Shown one piece after another: positions 13,239-26,200 of a stretch of 64,000 nucleotides of DNA (position 1 is its first letter; every line of letters begins with the position of its first letter). The stretch is from Chrysomallon squamiferum. Taxonomy: Eukaryota; Animalia; Mollusca. Under the pieces are notes generated by a model. That model saw only the letters and a program-made list of their open reading frames with translations, was not told the DNA's origin and made no database searches. The stretch lies in NCBI GenBank assembly GCA_012295275.1, contig CM022674.1, positions 9,362,001-9,426,000 on the forward strand, written 5' to 3'. A program made the translations under genes and the position numbers.

Positions 13239-14738
13239 ATTGAAAAAGAACTGTCCACAGATGTTCAGCACAGATGTTTCTCCACAATCTAAATCATGAC
13301 ACATAATAAGTATATGAAAACAATTAGTGTTCTTAGGACTTTCTTTGAAAAACAGAATCCTTTCACTAATAATAACTGTCAGTGTGAGAAAAAAAAAAAA
13401 ATGATATAAACATCCAGTGACCAAAAGTAATTTATAAACATATAAAATTAAATTAGAATTAAATAATCCTTGTCATAGAATTTTGTTCTTTCTTTCTTCA
13501 CAGGAAGTTGTCATAGACTACATAACTTATATTTTCACTATGTTTTATAGTATAGAGAAGTTTATTTTGATTTTTTAATTATTGTTAATAAATACAGTTG
13601 AACTACAATTCTATCCACGAAATGAGAAGTGTAAGAACATTGAAATGATGATCACTTATATAAAAAAATGCTATGACAATCTACAATTTCAAGTATAAAA
13701 TATGTTGAAAAATAATTATTAGTATATGTTTAAAAATAAATAATTGAATAAATAATAATAAAGTTTGCCAAACTTTCTTATCATGGCATACTTTCTCATA
13801 AGTGCCATTCAGTGAATTAAGAAAAAGAGGATGAGATTCTCATTATACCTGACATGAGTGCAAAATCTTGTTAATGATAACTATTTAAACATTGCTATCT
13901 AAGTTGTAAAAATAATTATAACCAAGTTCAGAACAAGAATAATAAAAATGTTTTTATAAAACACTAATATAAATATTGTGGCAGATCAGTAAACAGGTAA
14001 AAATATATAAATAGAACATTCCAATGGAAACTTTAAATTTACAAATCTGCAAAAACAACCCACAGAGTGTTTTATGTGTATATACAATGGCTTTATCCTA
14101 TTAACAGACAGAATGTGGCAGTTGTTCCTAAGATAGCAAGTTTTATTACAAGAAAGATTCTTGAAAAATAAATTGGAAATATACACTAACAGAAAAAACT
14201 ATGAAAGTGATGAAAAAGATATCTTTATTATTATCATTTTTCTTTTATTTCTTTAATCAATTTATATATAGTTTTGAAACTAATATTGTTGAATATAAAC
14301 ATTTTACATACATATCTACACAAAATGTGTGAGGTATTCAATGAGTATAGGTGTATGTGTATATTACAATTATTTTTAGATTGTCAGTTTACTTTGTTAT
14401 CATGCATCTAAAGTTGAATACAATTCTGAAATGATTACATTTGTTAACTAAAATAATTTTATTTATTAATGTTAAAAGTTTTCATTATAATGTAGACAGT
14501 GTAAAAGTTTTAAATAAAAAACAATAATGTGGATACATGACAAATATTTAAAAGGTTCTCTGTGACAAACACATACTCTTTACTAAGGAAGAATTTTCAT
14601 ATATAGTTAAATAAATATTTATTTTCTGTTTTAAATATATTTTAATGTTAATGTTTTTTGGACAGATGGAGGTTTCTGGGAATGGTTTGTACAATGACAT
14701 GACAGTAGCTTGCATGGAATTGTACATATTTCCAATTA

Positions 14739-16775
14739 TCATTTGCTATGTCCGAGTTTGGCTTTGTAAAGTCTAGGTGATAGTAAAGTTAAAGTTTGAT
14801 GTAAGATCATTGCCGTGAGGCCCCAAATACGATGTTTCTCTCCAAGATACACAGGTAAGGTATAGCCTCTTCCAGTACGGAACTGTGTGGTTCTGAAATT
14901 GCGGAGGTTACATAAAGACTGTATACTTCTTGAAAATACTTCCTCTACCTGTGAAGATATTTAAAAATAAACTAAACTAAAACAATATCAGTATTCACAT
15001 TTAATTTTCCCATATGAATATAACATAATAAAATACTCTTAAGATTCATTAAATGTCTCATATTATCTGCTATCACAGATTAAAAACCTGAATATCTTAA
15101 AGTGTACCTTTGCTGAGTTTTAGTAAAAAGTTAAAAAAAGTTTGTCATTACATTTTGCATACATCTGCTGTCCAGTCTCAATTAATATTTACTATAACAA
15201 CAAAAGCATGCAATTTAAAAATATTTGTGACTGCCATTTTTCTGTAATTATGTTATCAAGTACAAACTAATTTGTTCTTGTGTATTTTATTGTGACAGAA
15301 AATGTGTGTGTATATATATATATATATACACACATATATATTCGTCATGTTTGCACACGTCATGATTCCATCTAGGACAGAAGTGCAATTTTTGTACGTT
15401 TTGAAAATTTTATTTATTATCATAATTTGTTATTAATGATCACAGGTCACTAAGATCATTAATGAATGATTATGAGAATTACAGACTAATGATGGTCACC
15501 ATGGGTCATGTAAAAACAGTATGAAAACAATTTACCTCGTCAGGATTAAATTTCAAACTGTTTGTATCTACTTCTCCACAGAAACCTAAAACTGGTAACA
15601 CAAACATGTCCTGAAATGAACACAACCATATATTATGTAGCTACTTACTTTACCATAATAAGAAAAATAAATAATTGTATATACACTGCAGTAATATCTA
15701 TGTATTTGATCATGCAAATAAAAAATTATTTTGTGGAAAATCTCCCTAAATAAATTCATTCAGATTAGTTTGTCTTTGACCTTGCTAAAGATGTTAATAA
15801 AAATGAGGCATAAAATTTTCAAATATGTCTTATGAACAATTTCAAAATCAATTGAAAATGTGAAATAATGTCTTATTGAGGTAAAAATAATATCAACCTC
15901 GCGTGTTGGTAAAGGTTTCATAAATCCTAAGACTTTGACAATATGTTTTGGAATTCCAACTTCCTCTTGCATTTCTCTGAGAGCAGCATCAATAACATGT
16001 TTATCACTTTCATCCACAACTCCTCCAGGAAAACTGAAATATTTAAGTTCTATGGTGGTTTGTAAAAAAAAAAAAAAAAAAGAATTGAAAAGTTAATAAT
16101 AATTTAAATTTCTATTGATCTTTATTTTTTCCATCTGTCTTTAATCAGACAAAGGCTTAATTATTATTTATTACTAAGAACATAAACATATTAATTGGAA
16201 TATCCTGCAGGGGTTCAGCTTGTACTACTTCTCTATTTCAATTTTTAATACAGTTCTATACTGCAAAAATCTTATAATTTTAATAAAGTTATGTAAAAAA
16301 AAACAAAAAACACATGAAATTAGATAAATACAGTAATACAATTAAATGATCACCTGATTTCTCCTCGATGCTTCCGTAGTGAAGATGATCGGACAGTGAA
16401 CAGAACAGAAGGCTTACCATCAACATAACACAATGGTACCAACACTGCTGCATTAGCTCTTTTGTTCTTCAATTCAAGGGCTGCTGCACTTCTGACTGAC
16501 TTCACACTTGATATTTCCTTCTTTACTCGTTCAAAATTAGCCTCAGAAAACATGTCATTATTTATGCTTCTTGATAAGTGACAAACCATGGAAATCATCA
16601 TATCATTTGGTTTCTTACAAACATTTAAACCACTAACAGAAGCAAACACTCTAGAAAAATATGTTTGTTTTACATTTGTCTTTCCTAGAATACTGCCATA
16701 TATAGCATATGTTTGAACATTGTTTTTCAAAAAAAATGTTGTCAATAAAATACTTATTTGCTTGCATACATTCAT
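14739..16775 (-). CDS. NUDT8: Nudix hydrolase 8, CoA diphosphatase. Exons 16775-16354, 16033-15898, 15610-15536, 14948-14739 (280 aa)
   Basis: In-phase exons give AAVLVPLC...LFTVRSSSLRKHRGEISFPGG (CoA-box/UPF0035 motif), the Nudix box GGVVDESDKHVIDAALREMQEEVGI, NPDEVEEVF and HRIWGLTAMILH. A long N-terminal extension and no C-terminal PTS1 favour NUDT8 over NUDT7. Confidence 0.88.
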
Positions 16776-17125
16776 ATTTTTTCAGCATTACATAAATGAT
16801 AAAAAATATAAAAATAAATAAACTATAAAAAAGACTATGGTGTAAAAAAAGATAAGATTTAAAATATAATTGTATACTTGTATATTATATTTGGAACCAC
16901 ATACTGACATTAAGAGATACGACACAAAGATCCTCAAGTTAATTTGAACCTGAAAATAAAATATAGAATGAGAAATGGTGGGGGGGGGGGAGGAAAAGAA
17001 AAGTGGATTTTTTCTTTCTTTTTAATTTTTTTTTTTTTTTTTTTTTTAGCTGTGAGACTGAAATATTTATGTTTAATAATTAAATAATGAAAACACATTA
17101 TCAAACAAACATAAAATAATACTAC

Positions 17126-17279
17126 CTGAAAGTTTAATGTACTGGTACATCGTTCTTGTCGACTGATGCAACCAGTGATATAACTGTATAATGTATTACA
17201 ATATATGCGATAGTCTAGATGGTAGAGAACCAGTTTATTATTTTGAACTGTGAAATTTACTCGTGTTAGTGCAGCATAA
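17126..17279. promoter_or_regulatory. Compact bidirectional promoter region between NUDT8 and GSTK1
   Basis: A minus-strand donor (CAG|GTAGTT, about 17125) of a probable NUDT8 5'UTR exon lies about 155 bp from the GSTK1 ATG at 17280. Confidence 0.5.
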
Positions 17280-20200
17280 ATGTCTGGGAAAAAACTTCTA
17301 GAATTGTTTTATGATGTAGTTTCACCGTATTCTTGGCTCTGCTTTGAGGTAACTTACAAAATACGTTCATAAAATGAAAACGTTAATTCACAATCGTATG
17401 TTATAAACATGACCTCTGATCTTTGACCTGTAAAAGTGTAAGACTGAAGAAGGAATTGATTGATTGATTTGATTTGATAGATTGATTTGATTTGATAAAA
17501 TAATGATAACTAAATAGCAGGTGACTTGTATTTAAAAAAATCATCGAAAATAACTAAACACACTATCTATCGTACACATTTTTAATGTGATACTTTTAGC
17601 ACTGTTTAAAATAGTCATAAAGTAAACAGTTAAAACACTAAGTCAAAACTGACTCTAACATTAACGATTGTCACAATGACAATGTCAGTATTAATTTACT
17701 GATTTTTCAAAAGTAGAATTACATACTTAATGCATTTAAATTAAATAATTTATTATTATTATTATTATTATTATTATAAATTACCTGATTTATAATAATT
17801 ATTTATGATAGTTATATTTTGCATAGGAAATTAAAGTTAAGTTTGTCTTTGAATAAATTAAAGCATGTTCAAGATGTTGATTTTGTTTCAGTTATTTATT
17901 TTTAATTTTTTTGGTTGTTGTTTGTGTGGCAGTGTGTGTTAATATTTTTGTTTACATTATTAAGAAAATTTAAAGGAGACAGTTAATAACATGGTAATGG
18001 TTTTTAAACATCAGATTATTTTGTTTGTTGATGCCAATTTTCACAGAAATGAACTATACACATAATGACCTATAGCATTACTTTTGAATAATTAATTCAT
18101 AATAATAAAAATGGTGCTCCAAAATACCCGTATACTTTATAAAAAAATATATTGTTTAATTTCTTATCACATTTAACAGTCATAAGTTTATTTAAGTTAA
18201 GTTAAATAACTATTTGTTGTTTCAGGTTTTGTGCCGTTACAATGCTGCAGGTTTGTGGAATATTAATTTTAAATTAAAGCCTTTCTTTCTGGCTGGAATA
18301 ATGCATGAATCAGGTAAGAATTTTTTTAAGGTTTATCTAATCTTTCTATATATGTACCTTTTGGGAATATTTGACAGGCTGTGAATTTAAGTGTGTGTGT
18401 CTGTATGTGTGCACGCATATATACGTATACATGCATACATTCATACATATATGTATATATATCAGTATTTGCATATGTGTGTGTGGGTGTGTGTAAAATC
18501 GTTTATTTTGAATAAAAATGAAGAGCAAGTTTCTAAAATAAGAAACAAACTTAAATTTTTCATCCAGTGAATATTTAAGAAATATTTATGGGTCATTCCG
18601 TGTCAAATCACCCAATGGTTTAAACCCGACCGTCTCAGATTTTTATGAAACTTGGTATACTTGTTGACTGGGATCCCACAGCACCAAATCTGAAATATTA
18701 GCCCAATCAGACCAGTGGTGTGGGAGATACGGCCCACGGAATTTTGAGATTTTTGCCAAAAATGGGTGTGACCACCAACCTTAGAACCCTCATATCTCAG
18801 GAACTACTGGGCCAATCTTCATAAAATTGGTATTGTTAGAAAGGCAAAATGACAAGGATACCAAATCTGCCATTTTTGTTTAGTTTGGAAAATATTGGAG
18901 TACCTTGACCTTTTGACCTTTGCTATGACCTTGAAATTGACCGTGTGGATCACGTGATCTTGAGATGACCTTTATTGAAATTTAATCTCCCACATGTTAA
19001 CTAAAACATATAAAAGTTTCCTGGGTGTAATATTTTTTGTTTAGCCACAATATAGATTTAAAAAATGCACATACATGAAAATAACACATTTTCAGCCATT
19101 AACATCTGATTAACTAAAACCTGAATGATCAACTCTGGATGCTAGGGATCACCATCTTTCTTGATCATCGAGTAAGACATTGTAGGCCTACATGTATGCA
19201 TAAAGTTCACATAAATTTGAGAGAACTAGGTGTTTCTGATGCTTAACCTTCTCACTATGTTTGTTTCAAATGCTCACTGTATCCTTCATTCCCAGACACA
19301 TTCTACTGTTCTCATCACTTTCATAAAATTGGATTATTTCCTCCTTAAATTCATTGTCCTTTCAATGGTAAAGGGTGACAAAATCAAGATTTGCACACGC
19401 TCTGTGTAGGATTCAGACATTAAGATGTCATTTTAACAGGAGTTTCGCCTAAACTCAACAGAATAGAATTCAAATCAAAGTCCTTTTCTAGGGAAACAAC
19501 AACCAGCGGTTTGTCTGGCAAGTTATCACCAAATTCTCCCATTGTAATACCACCCATACTAAAGCCATCCTCTGCAGGACCTTTGATTTCTGAAGGGTAA
19601 TCAGACAGTCGCAGCACAACTTGTCTCCTGGCACTAGTGTCTTTGGCGAAACTCCTGTCAAACTCCATTCACTAGCGCATTCCAGTAAATGAATGAAAGG
19701 ACAGAAAAAAACTAGCATCAGCTACAGTAACATTAAAATGACATCTTAATGTCTGAATCCTACACAGAGCGTGTGCAAATCTTGATTTTGTCACCCTTTA
19801 CCATTGAAAGGACAATGAATTTAAGGAGGAAATAATCCAATTTTATGAAAGTGATGAGAACAGTAGAATGTGTCTGGGAATGAAGGATACAGTGAGCATT
19901 TGAAACAAACATAGTGAGAAGGTTAAGCATCAGAAACACCTAGTTCTCTCAAATTTATGTGAACTTTATGCATACATGTAGGCCTATAATGTCTTACTCG
20001 ATGATCAAGAAAGATGGTGATCCCTAGCATCCAGAGTTGATCATTCAGGTTTTAGTTAATCAGATGTTAATGGCTGAAAATGTGTTATTTTCATGTATGT
20101 GCATTTTTTAAATCTATATTGTGGCTAAACAAAAAATATTACACCCAGGAAACTTTTATATGTTTTAGTTAACATGTGGGAGATTAAATTTCAATAAAGG

Positions 20201-23200
20201 TCATCTCAAGATCACGTGATCCACACGGTCAATTTCAAGGTCATAGCAAAGGTCAAAAGGTCAAGGTACTCCAATATTTTCCAAACTAAACAAAAATGGC
20301 AGATTTGGTATCCTTGTCATTTTGCCTTTCTAACAATACCAATTTTATGAAGATTGGCCCAGTAGTTCCTGAGATATGAGGGTTCTAAGGTTGGTGGTCA
20401 CACCCATTTTTGGCAAAAATCTCAAAATTCCGTGGGCCGTATCTCCCACACCACTGGTCTGATTGGGCTAATATTTCAGATTTGGTGCTGTGGGATCCCA
20501 GTCAACAAATATACCAAGTTTTATAAAAATCTGAGACGGTCGGGTTTAAATTTCTTTTTTTTTTGGGTGATTTGACACGGAATGACCCTTATGCAAACTT
20601 AAAAGAAACATGATTCACAGAACAGTCAATCATTTCCAAACACTACTGTTAAATGGAGTTATATTTTTAGAATTGGGAAATATTTTCAAACATTTTTACT
20701 GTAATTATTTTGTTCTGTAGGCCAGTGGTGGCAAAACTTTGATGCTAGGCGTGTCCAAACTTTTATATCTTAGTCATTTTTGCATTAACATGTGTCACTT
20801 CTAAATTTATGTTGTTAAATGGTATATAAGTATTATAACTATATTACATTATGATTTTAACAGAAGTATATGAATATATATAAGCTATGTCATACAATAA
20901 AGAAATAAAAATATAAACTTGCCTATTTAATTTCTCTTGTGAACCTGAATTTTACCAGCCAGTTCCTTTATGTCAGGCTGATAGTTCATTGTCTTTAAAT
21001 GTAAACATGCAGCACTTTCTTCATAAGTTAATCGACTTCTTCTGTTGTATTTAATGTAGTTAAGAGATGAGAACAGGCTCTCACGCGATATGTAGAAGAA
21101 AAAATTGTTAATACTGCTTTGGCAAGACGTTTAAGAGCACCAAATGCTTTGGGAATGCTTTCCCAAATGACCAACAATTGATTGTCTTGATTGCTGCAAA
21201 CTCCCCTCAAACGATCTTTTTCAAGCGTTTCTAAATTACTTCTAAGAGTGATGACTTATTGCTTCCAAATAGAACTGGATTGAAGTTCTACTAATTCCAT
21301 TTCAAGTTCTTCTATTTTCAGCCATTCAAACAGATTCATTTTCATTTTTTCAAAATTAGCTTCATCTGGGTGTTTAATGAAAAGCAATATTTCTTCAAGA
21401 TCTCTTGATGAAAATTCATCTTTCAAAGAACATAAAGCTGACAAAAAGAAGTCTTGATCATGTTCGATATCATTCTCATCTTTGTAACTAACTTCTTCAT
21501 AGTTCTTTTTCAATCTTGGAAAGTACTTAAAAGTTTTAGTTTCAATGTCATGCTCAAAAATGGCAAGTTTGGTTTCAAATGCAGTAATATGTCCAAACAT
21601 GATATCAATAATTTTACCAAAACTTTGGAGTTTAACATTCAGTTCATGCAAGTGGAATGAGAGATCTATGAAAAATATCAACTGCTGAATCCAGGACTCA
21701 TCATGTAGTTCTGCATAGCCTTCAGTTTTGTTCATGTCTAAAAAAAGCTGTATCTCATTTATGCATTCAACAAAGCATTCAAGAACCTTGCCTCTACTAA
21801 GCCACTGAACATTATTGTACATCAATAAACTGCCATAAGCTGATTCAACTTCATCCAGTAACAAGCTAAATTCACGTTTATGCAATGCCCATGCTGATAT
21901 CAAATTAAGTATCTTGGTGACTGACACTGTAATATTTTCCAGTTCTTTTAATCCACCTTTAGCACACAGTGCATCTTGATGAACATTACAGTGAAACTGT
22001 GCTACAGAATGTCCGACAATATCAGTGAAAAGTTTCACAAATCCAAGCTTTCAGCCAACCATATTGGGTGCTCTATCTGTTGTAATTGATATATCTATGT
22101 TTCTGTCACCAAGAGCTTTGACTACAATGTCACAGATATCTTTTCCTGTAGTATTTAATGACAGGCAACTCCTTGAACATTTCATGACCACTAGAATAAT
22201 CTTGCAAAAATTGCCAATCGAGAAGCTGAAGTAATGTCAGTGGTTTCATCAAGGCAAATTGAAAAACAATCACGTGTTCAAGTCCTTCTGCATTTGTTCT
22301 TCAATATTTGAATGCATGGTCATTGCCTGGCTTTTAACAGTGTTTCTGGAAATAGGAAGCTCTTTAATACACTTAATTATTTTATCCTTGTTACTAAAAT
22401 CTTCAAAAAGAAAAGGTGCACAGTTAAGAAAACAATTTTTAAGAAACTCTCCTTCCTTAAATGGTTTACCTTGCTGAATAATAGTATGAGAAATACTGCA
22501 ACTTGCTGTCACTGAATTCACTTCTGAGTTGCCACTTACAAATTTCAACAGACTTTGAGATAGGGTATTTTTTTTTTGTTGCCTCTTGTGCAATATATTC
22601 TTTATGTTCTTCATGACTTCTTTCTAATAACCACTTGTGATTTGACTCAAAGTATCTTTTCACATTCCAAATTCTGCTAGTAAGAACTTTATTATTTCTA
22701 AAATGCAAAGAGCTTTATTATTTCATTCTATAACAGCATATTCAGTTGTCGATCATTTTTGGAAAATTCTGCTACTACACAGATTTTCTGATAACTTTCT
22801 TTGCTGTACTCATTATGTAAGTAAGGGTTTGATCAAAACTGTGAAATGAATTTAATCTGGAACTTATTCTGAAAAAAAAGGAAATAATAAACGTGGCGAC
22901 ATCTGGCACTTCTATTTTCATGAGTTGTCAGTGGCTAACAGTTTCTCCTCTCAGTAAAAGAAAACGACATATATCGATTGCCATCTATTTTGAAAGAACC
23001 GTTTGCTTCTTGACATAGACATTTTTTGCCCATAGAAAGGAATTAAGAATGAAATTTACAGCTCAGAATTTAGTTTAGTGTTAATGAGCAGTTTTGAGAA
23101 TAAATCGGTGGCAATTTCTCCATATATATATGCAAGGTATGCACTGCATGCCTTCATTTCTACAATATATTTCTACAATATGAGATAATATAATTAAAAC

Positions 23201-26200
23201 AAATTAAATAATTATATAGAAAAATATATTCGTAAAATATATACCAGTAAATAATAAATTTATATGATAGAATATTACAATGACAAAAGTGCTGTCAATA
23301 TTTTACATCGAAATCTAGTGCGAATTATTTTTAGTCAAACCTGTATCACAGATCCAGCAGTTGCTCCAGAATTCACTCTTCTGTTGTTATGAATAGGAAT
23401 ATATGTTACCAGAGTACAGCAAGGAATTCTGCTCTCACCCACTACTTTTAATTCTCTTTTATTAACTTTTGAATTACATGACCAAAAATATTCAAAATAT
23501 ATTAAATCAATGTCCAAGTTACTCAGTGACACGCGTATCACTTAAAATGCCCCTGCATGTCACTGCTGACATGCGTGTCATAGCTTTGCTACCACTGTTG
23601 TAGGCAATAAAACCAGATATAAAAGTACAAAAGAAGAAGCTGAACAAGACCTATGAACATTTTTTAATTTTTTACGGTTTCTAGCATTTCTCTTTTACAG
23701 GTAATATACCACCTGCTATGGTTCAAAATAAATCTCATTACATGATGAAGGATTTGAAACGACTTGCGGAATATATGGATGTGCCTATAACTATTCCCAA
23801 AGTAAGTTTAAGAAACTCCATTTATTAACTTATTTTGTTTTTAAATTTATCTTTTTAATTAAATATACTTGTCAAAGTAACAAAATATATATTAAAAAAA
23901 AACTCAGTCAAAACACACTCACTCAAAACACTCTCCAGTCAGAACCCCCTCCAGTAAACAGTCAGATGGTCAAAACCCTCTTTTATGTTTGATCATAGAA
24001 CCACTGAAGAGATTAATGAAATTGGGAAGCCTTGGAAAAATTCTTAAATTATAAATAATATAATGAAAAAACTTAATAGTAATTAGCAGTATTTATTTAT
24101 TTATTTTTATCTTAGATTCTGATGGGATTAAGGTAATTGGGAAGCCTTTATCAAATCTTTAAATAATATAATTACAGAGCTTGATACCAGTGTAGCTACT
24201 CATATTCCATTGATCAAATAATTGAGCATTTCAATTTTGTTGAAACAAAAACAGATGATTAAGACTAAATAGAAATACCAGGATTTCAGATGGTATATAT
24301 ATATATATACAAAATAGGATATCCGTCTTAATAGACGTTGTCTGTTTGAAAATACTGGACAAAAGTTTAATAACTTACAGAATAAATATAAAAATCTAAC
24401 TGAAAAAACCAAGTTCGACTTATCTAAGGATTACTGGAAAGTACTACATATACAAATGATATATAACTGATATATAACATCACTGTGTGATTATTTTAAT
24501 CAGCTAAACTCTAATAGTAATGATGACAAAGAATGTGAACTTGATGATAAAAATGATTAACTTAACAGGTGAAGAAATAAGATGATGAAGAAATAAGCAT
24601 CTGGGAATGATATGATTATTAATGAATATTTTTTTTCTACATGTGATGTTTTGCTACCCTTTTCTGTTAAACTATTTAATATTATATCTGATACTGGAAT
24701 AATTCCTACAGGTTGGATGGAAGGAAATATAGTAACTATATATGAGAAGAAAGGTAGTCAACTTGATCCAAGAAATTACCAACCTATTACATTACTAAGT
24801 TATTTAGTGAAATTATTTACATTTATAACAGTAACAGACTAACAGTAATCTTGTAAAAGGGTTTTAGTAATTAGATATAATTGAAAGACATCATCTCAGG
24901 TTTTGCAAATATATATTATTTGTTAACAAGTCAAAACCAAGCTTTATGGTTTATGGTCATTTAAGGATATCCATTGTCTATAAGTTAAAGTAAGAATGAT
25001 TACATTTTGGTCAAAGGTTGTTAACTGTAAATAGTATAAATGCTATATCAAATCCTTGGTTATTTTTTTATAAAAGCTATAATTGATGAATGTGGTTTAC
25101 ATATATTCATGTGTTCAAGTAAATGTCTTGTGTTTAAAGCATGCTGTTAAAAGAATTTTGTGTGGTCATTTATTACAAAAATGTAATAAAAATAAACTTG
25201 AGTCATCTGAAGACATTAATTATTGTTTAAAGATGAATTTAAATTAGAACATTATCTGCTAAAGCTGCCAACAACTGTCACAGCTAGTTGAAAAGCACAA
25301 TGAAGAACGTAAGTGGTACATCATGGGTATACCAGCCAAGATACTGAAGGATATTACAGCTGCTACAATTGAGTTTCTGTCAAACATACCCTACTTTGGG
25401 AGAGTGCTATATATCTTCTCCAAAATCCACAATCACTTCAAGACTTAGTCACTGAAGATCAATGAATTGCACCTATGACAATGAAGTGCACTCACCTAGC
25501 AATATGACTGATTTTGCAAGTGACAAGGAACTAATGCATCTGGTTCATTTAGATGTCTGGTACATGGATGGAATATTTAACTCTGCTCTGCATCTGTTTC
25601 ATTCTGTTCTATTCACCTTGTGCATTACTCAGAGATTTGTCAAAGCAGTTCTGTCCAACAACAACCAATCCACCACGTATGAAGAACTGCTACAGTCTGT
25701 CCAGAATAAATGTCAGGAGCTTGGTTTTCAGTTAGATGCATCAACTGTGATCACTGACTATGAGTTAGCCATCATCAAAGCTGATGTTTCAACATTTGGC
25801 CCATACACCAAAACTCATGGCTGCTTATATCATACACAAGCATGAATAAACATTTATATTGTTGATATCAATTATCTGAATAATTTTTTGTTATTTCTTA
25901 TAACTTAACAGTTATATGAAACTCAGGTTTATTTTCTAAATAGGGGGTAATGACCAGAAGGAGTTTTGACTGTTACCAGCACATTTTACATGCAAAAGGT
26001 TACCATTTTCTCTCTTTAATTTAGATTTAGACTGTTTAACTTAACAAAAATTAAAATTGATTTAAAATATCCTAAACTATTAATTAAACTAAATATCTCA
26101 AACTTTGTCTGATTAGACTGACTTGTGTGTTCCAAGACCAATTTCTTTATTACATTGTATAATTAAATCTTTTTTTTTAAATCACAAGATTAAAATATCA

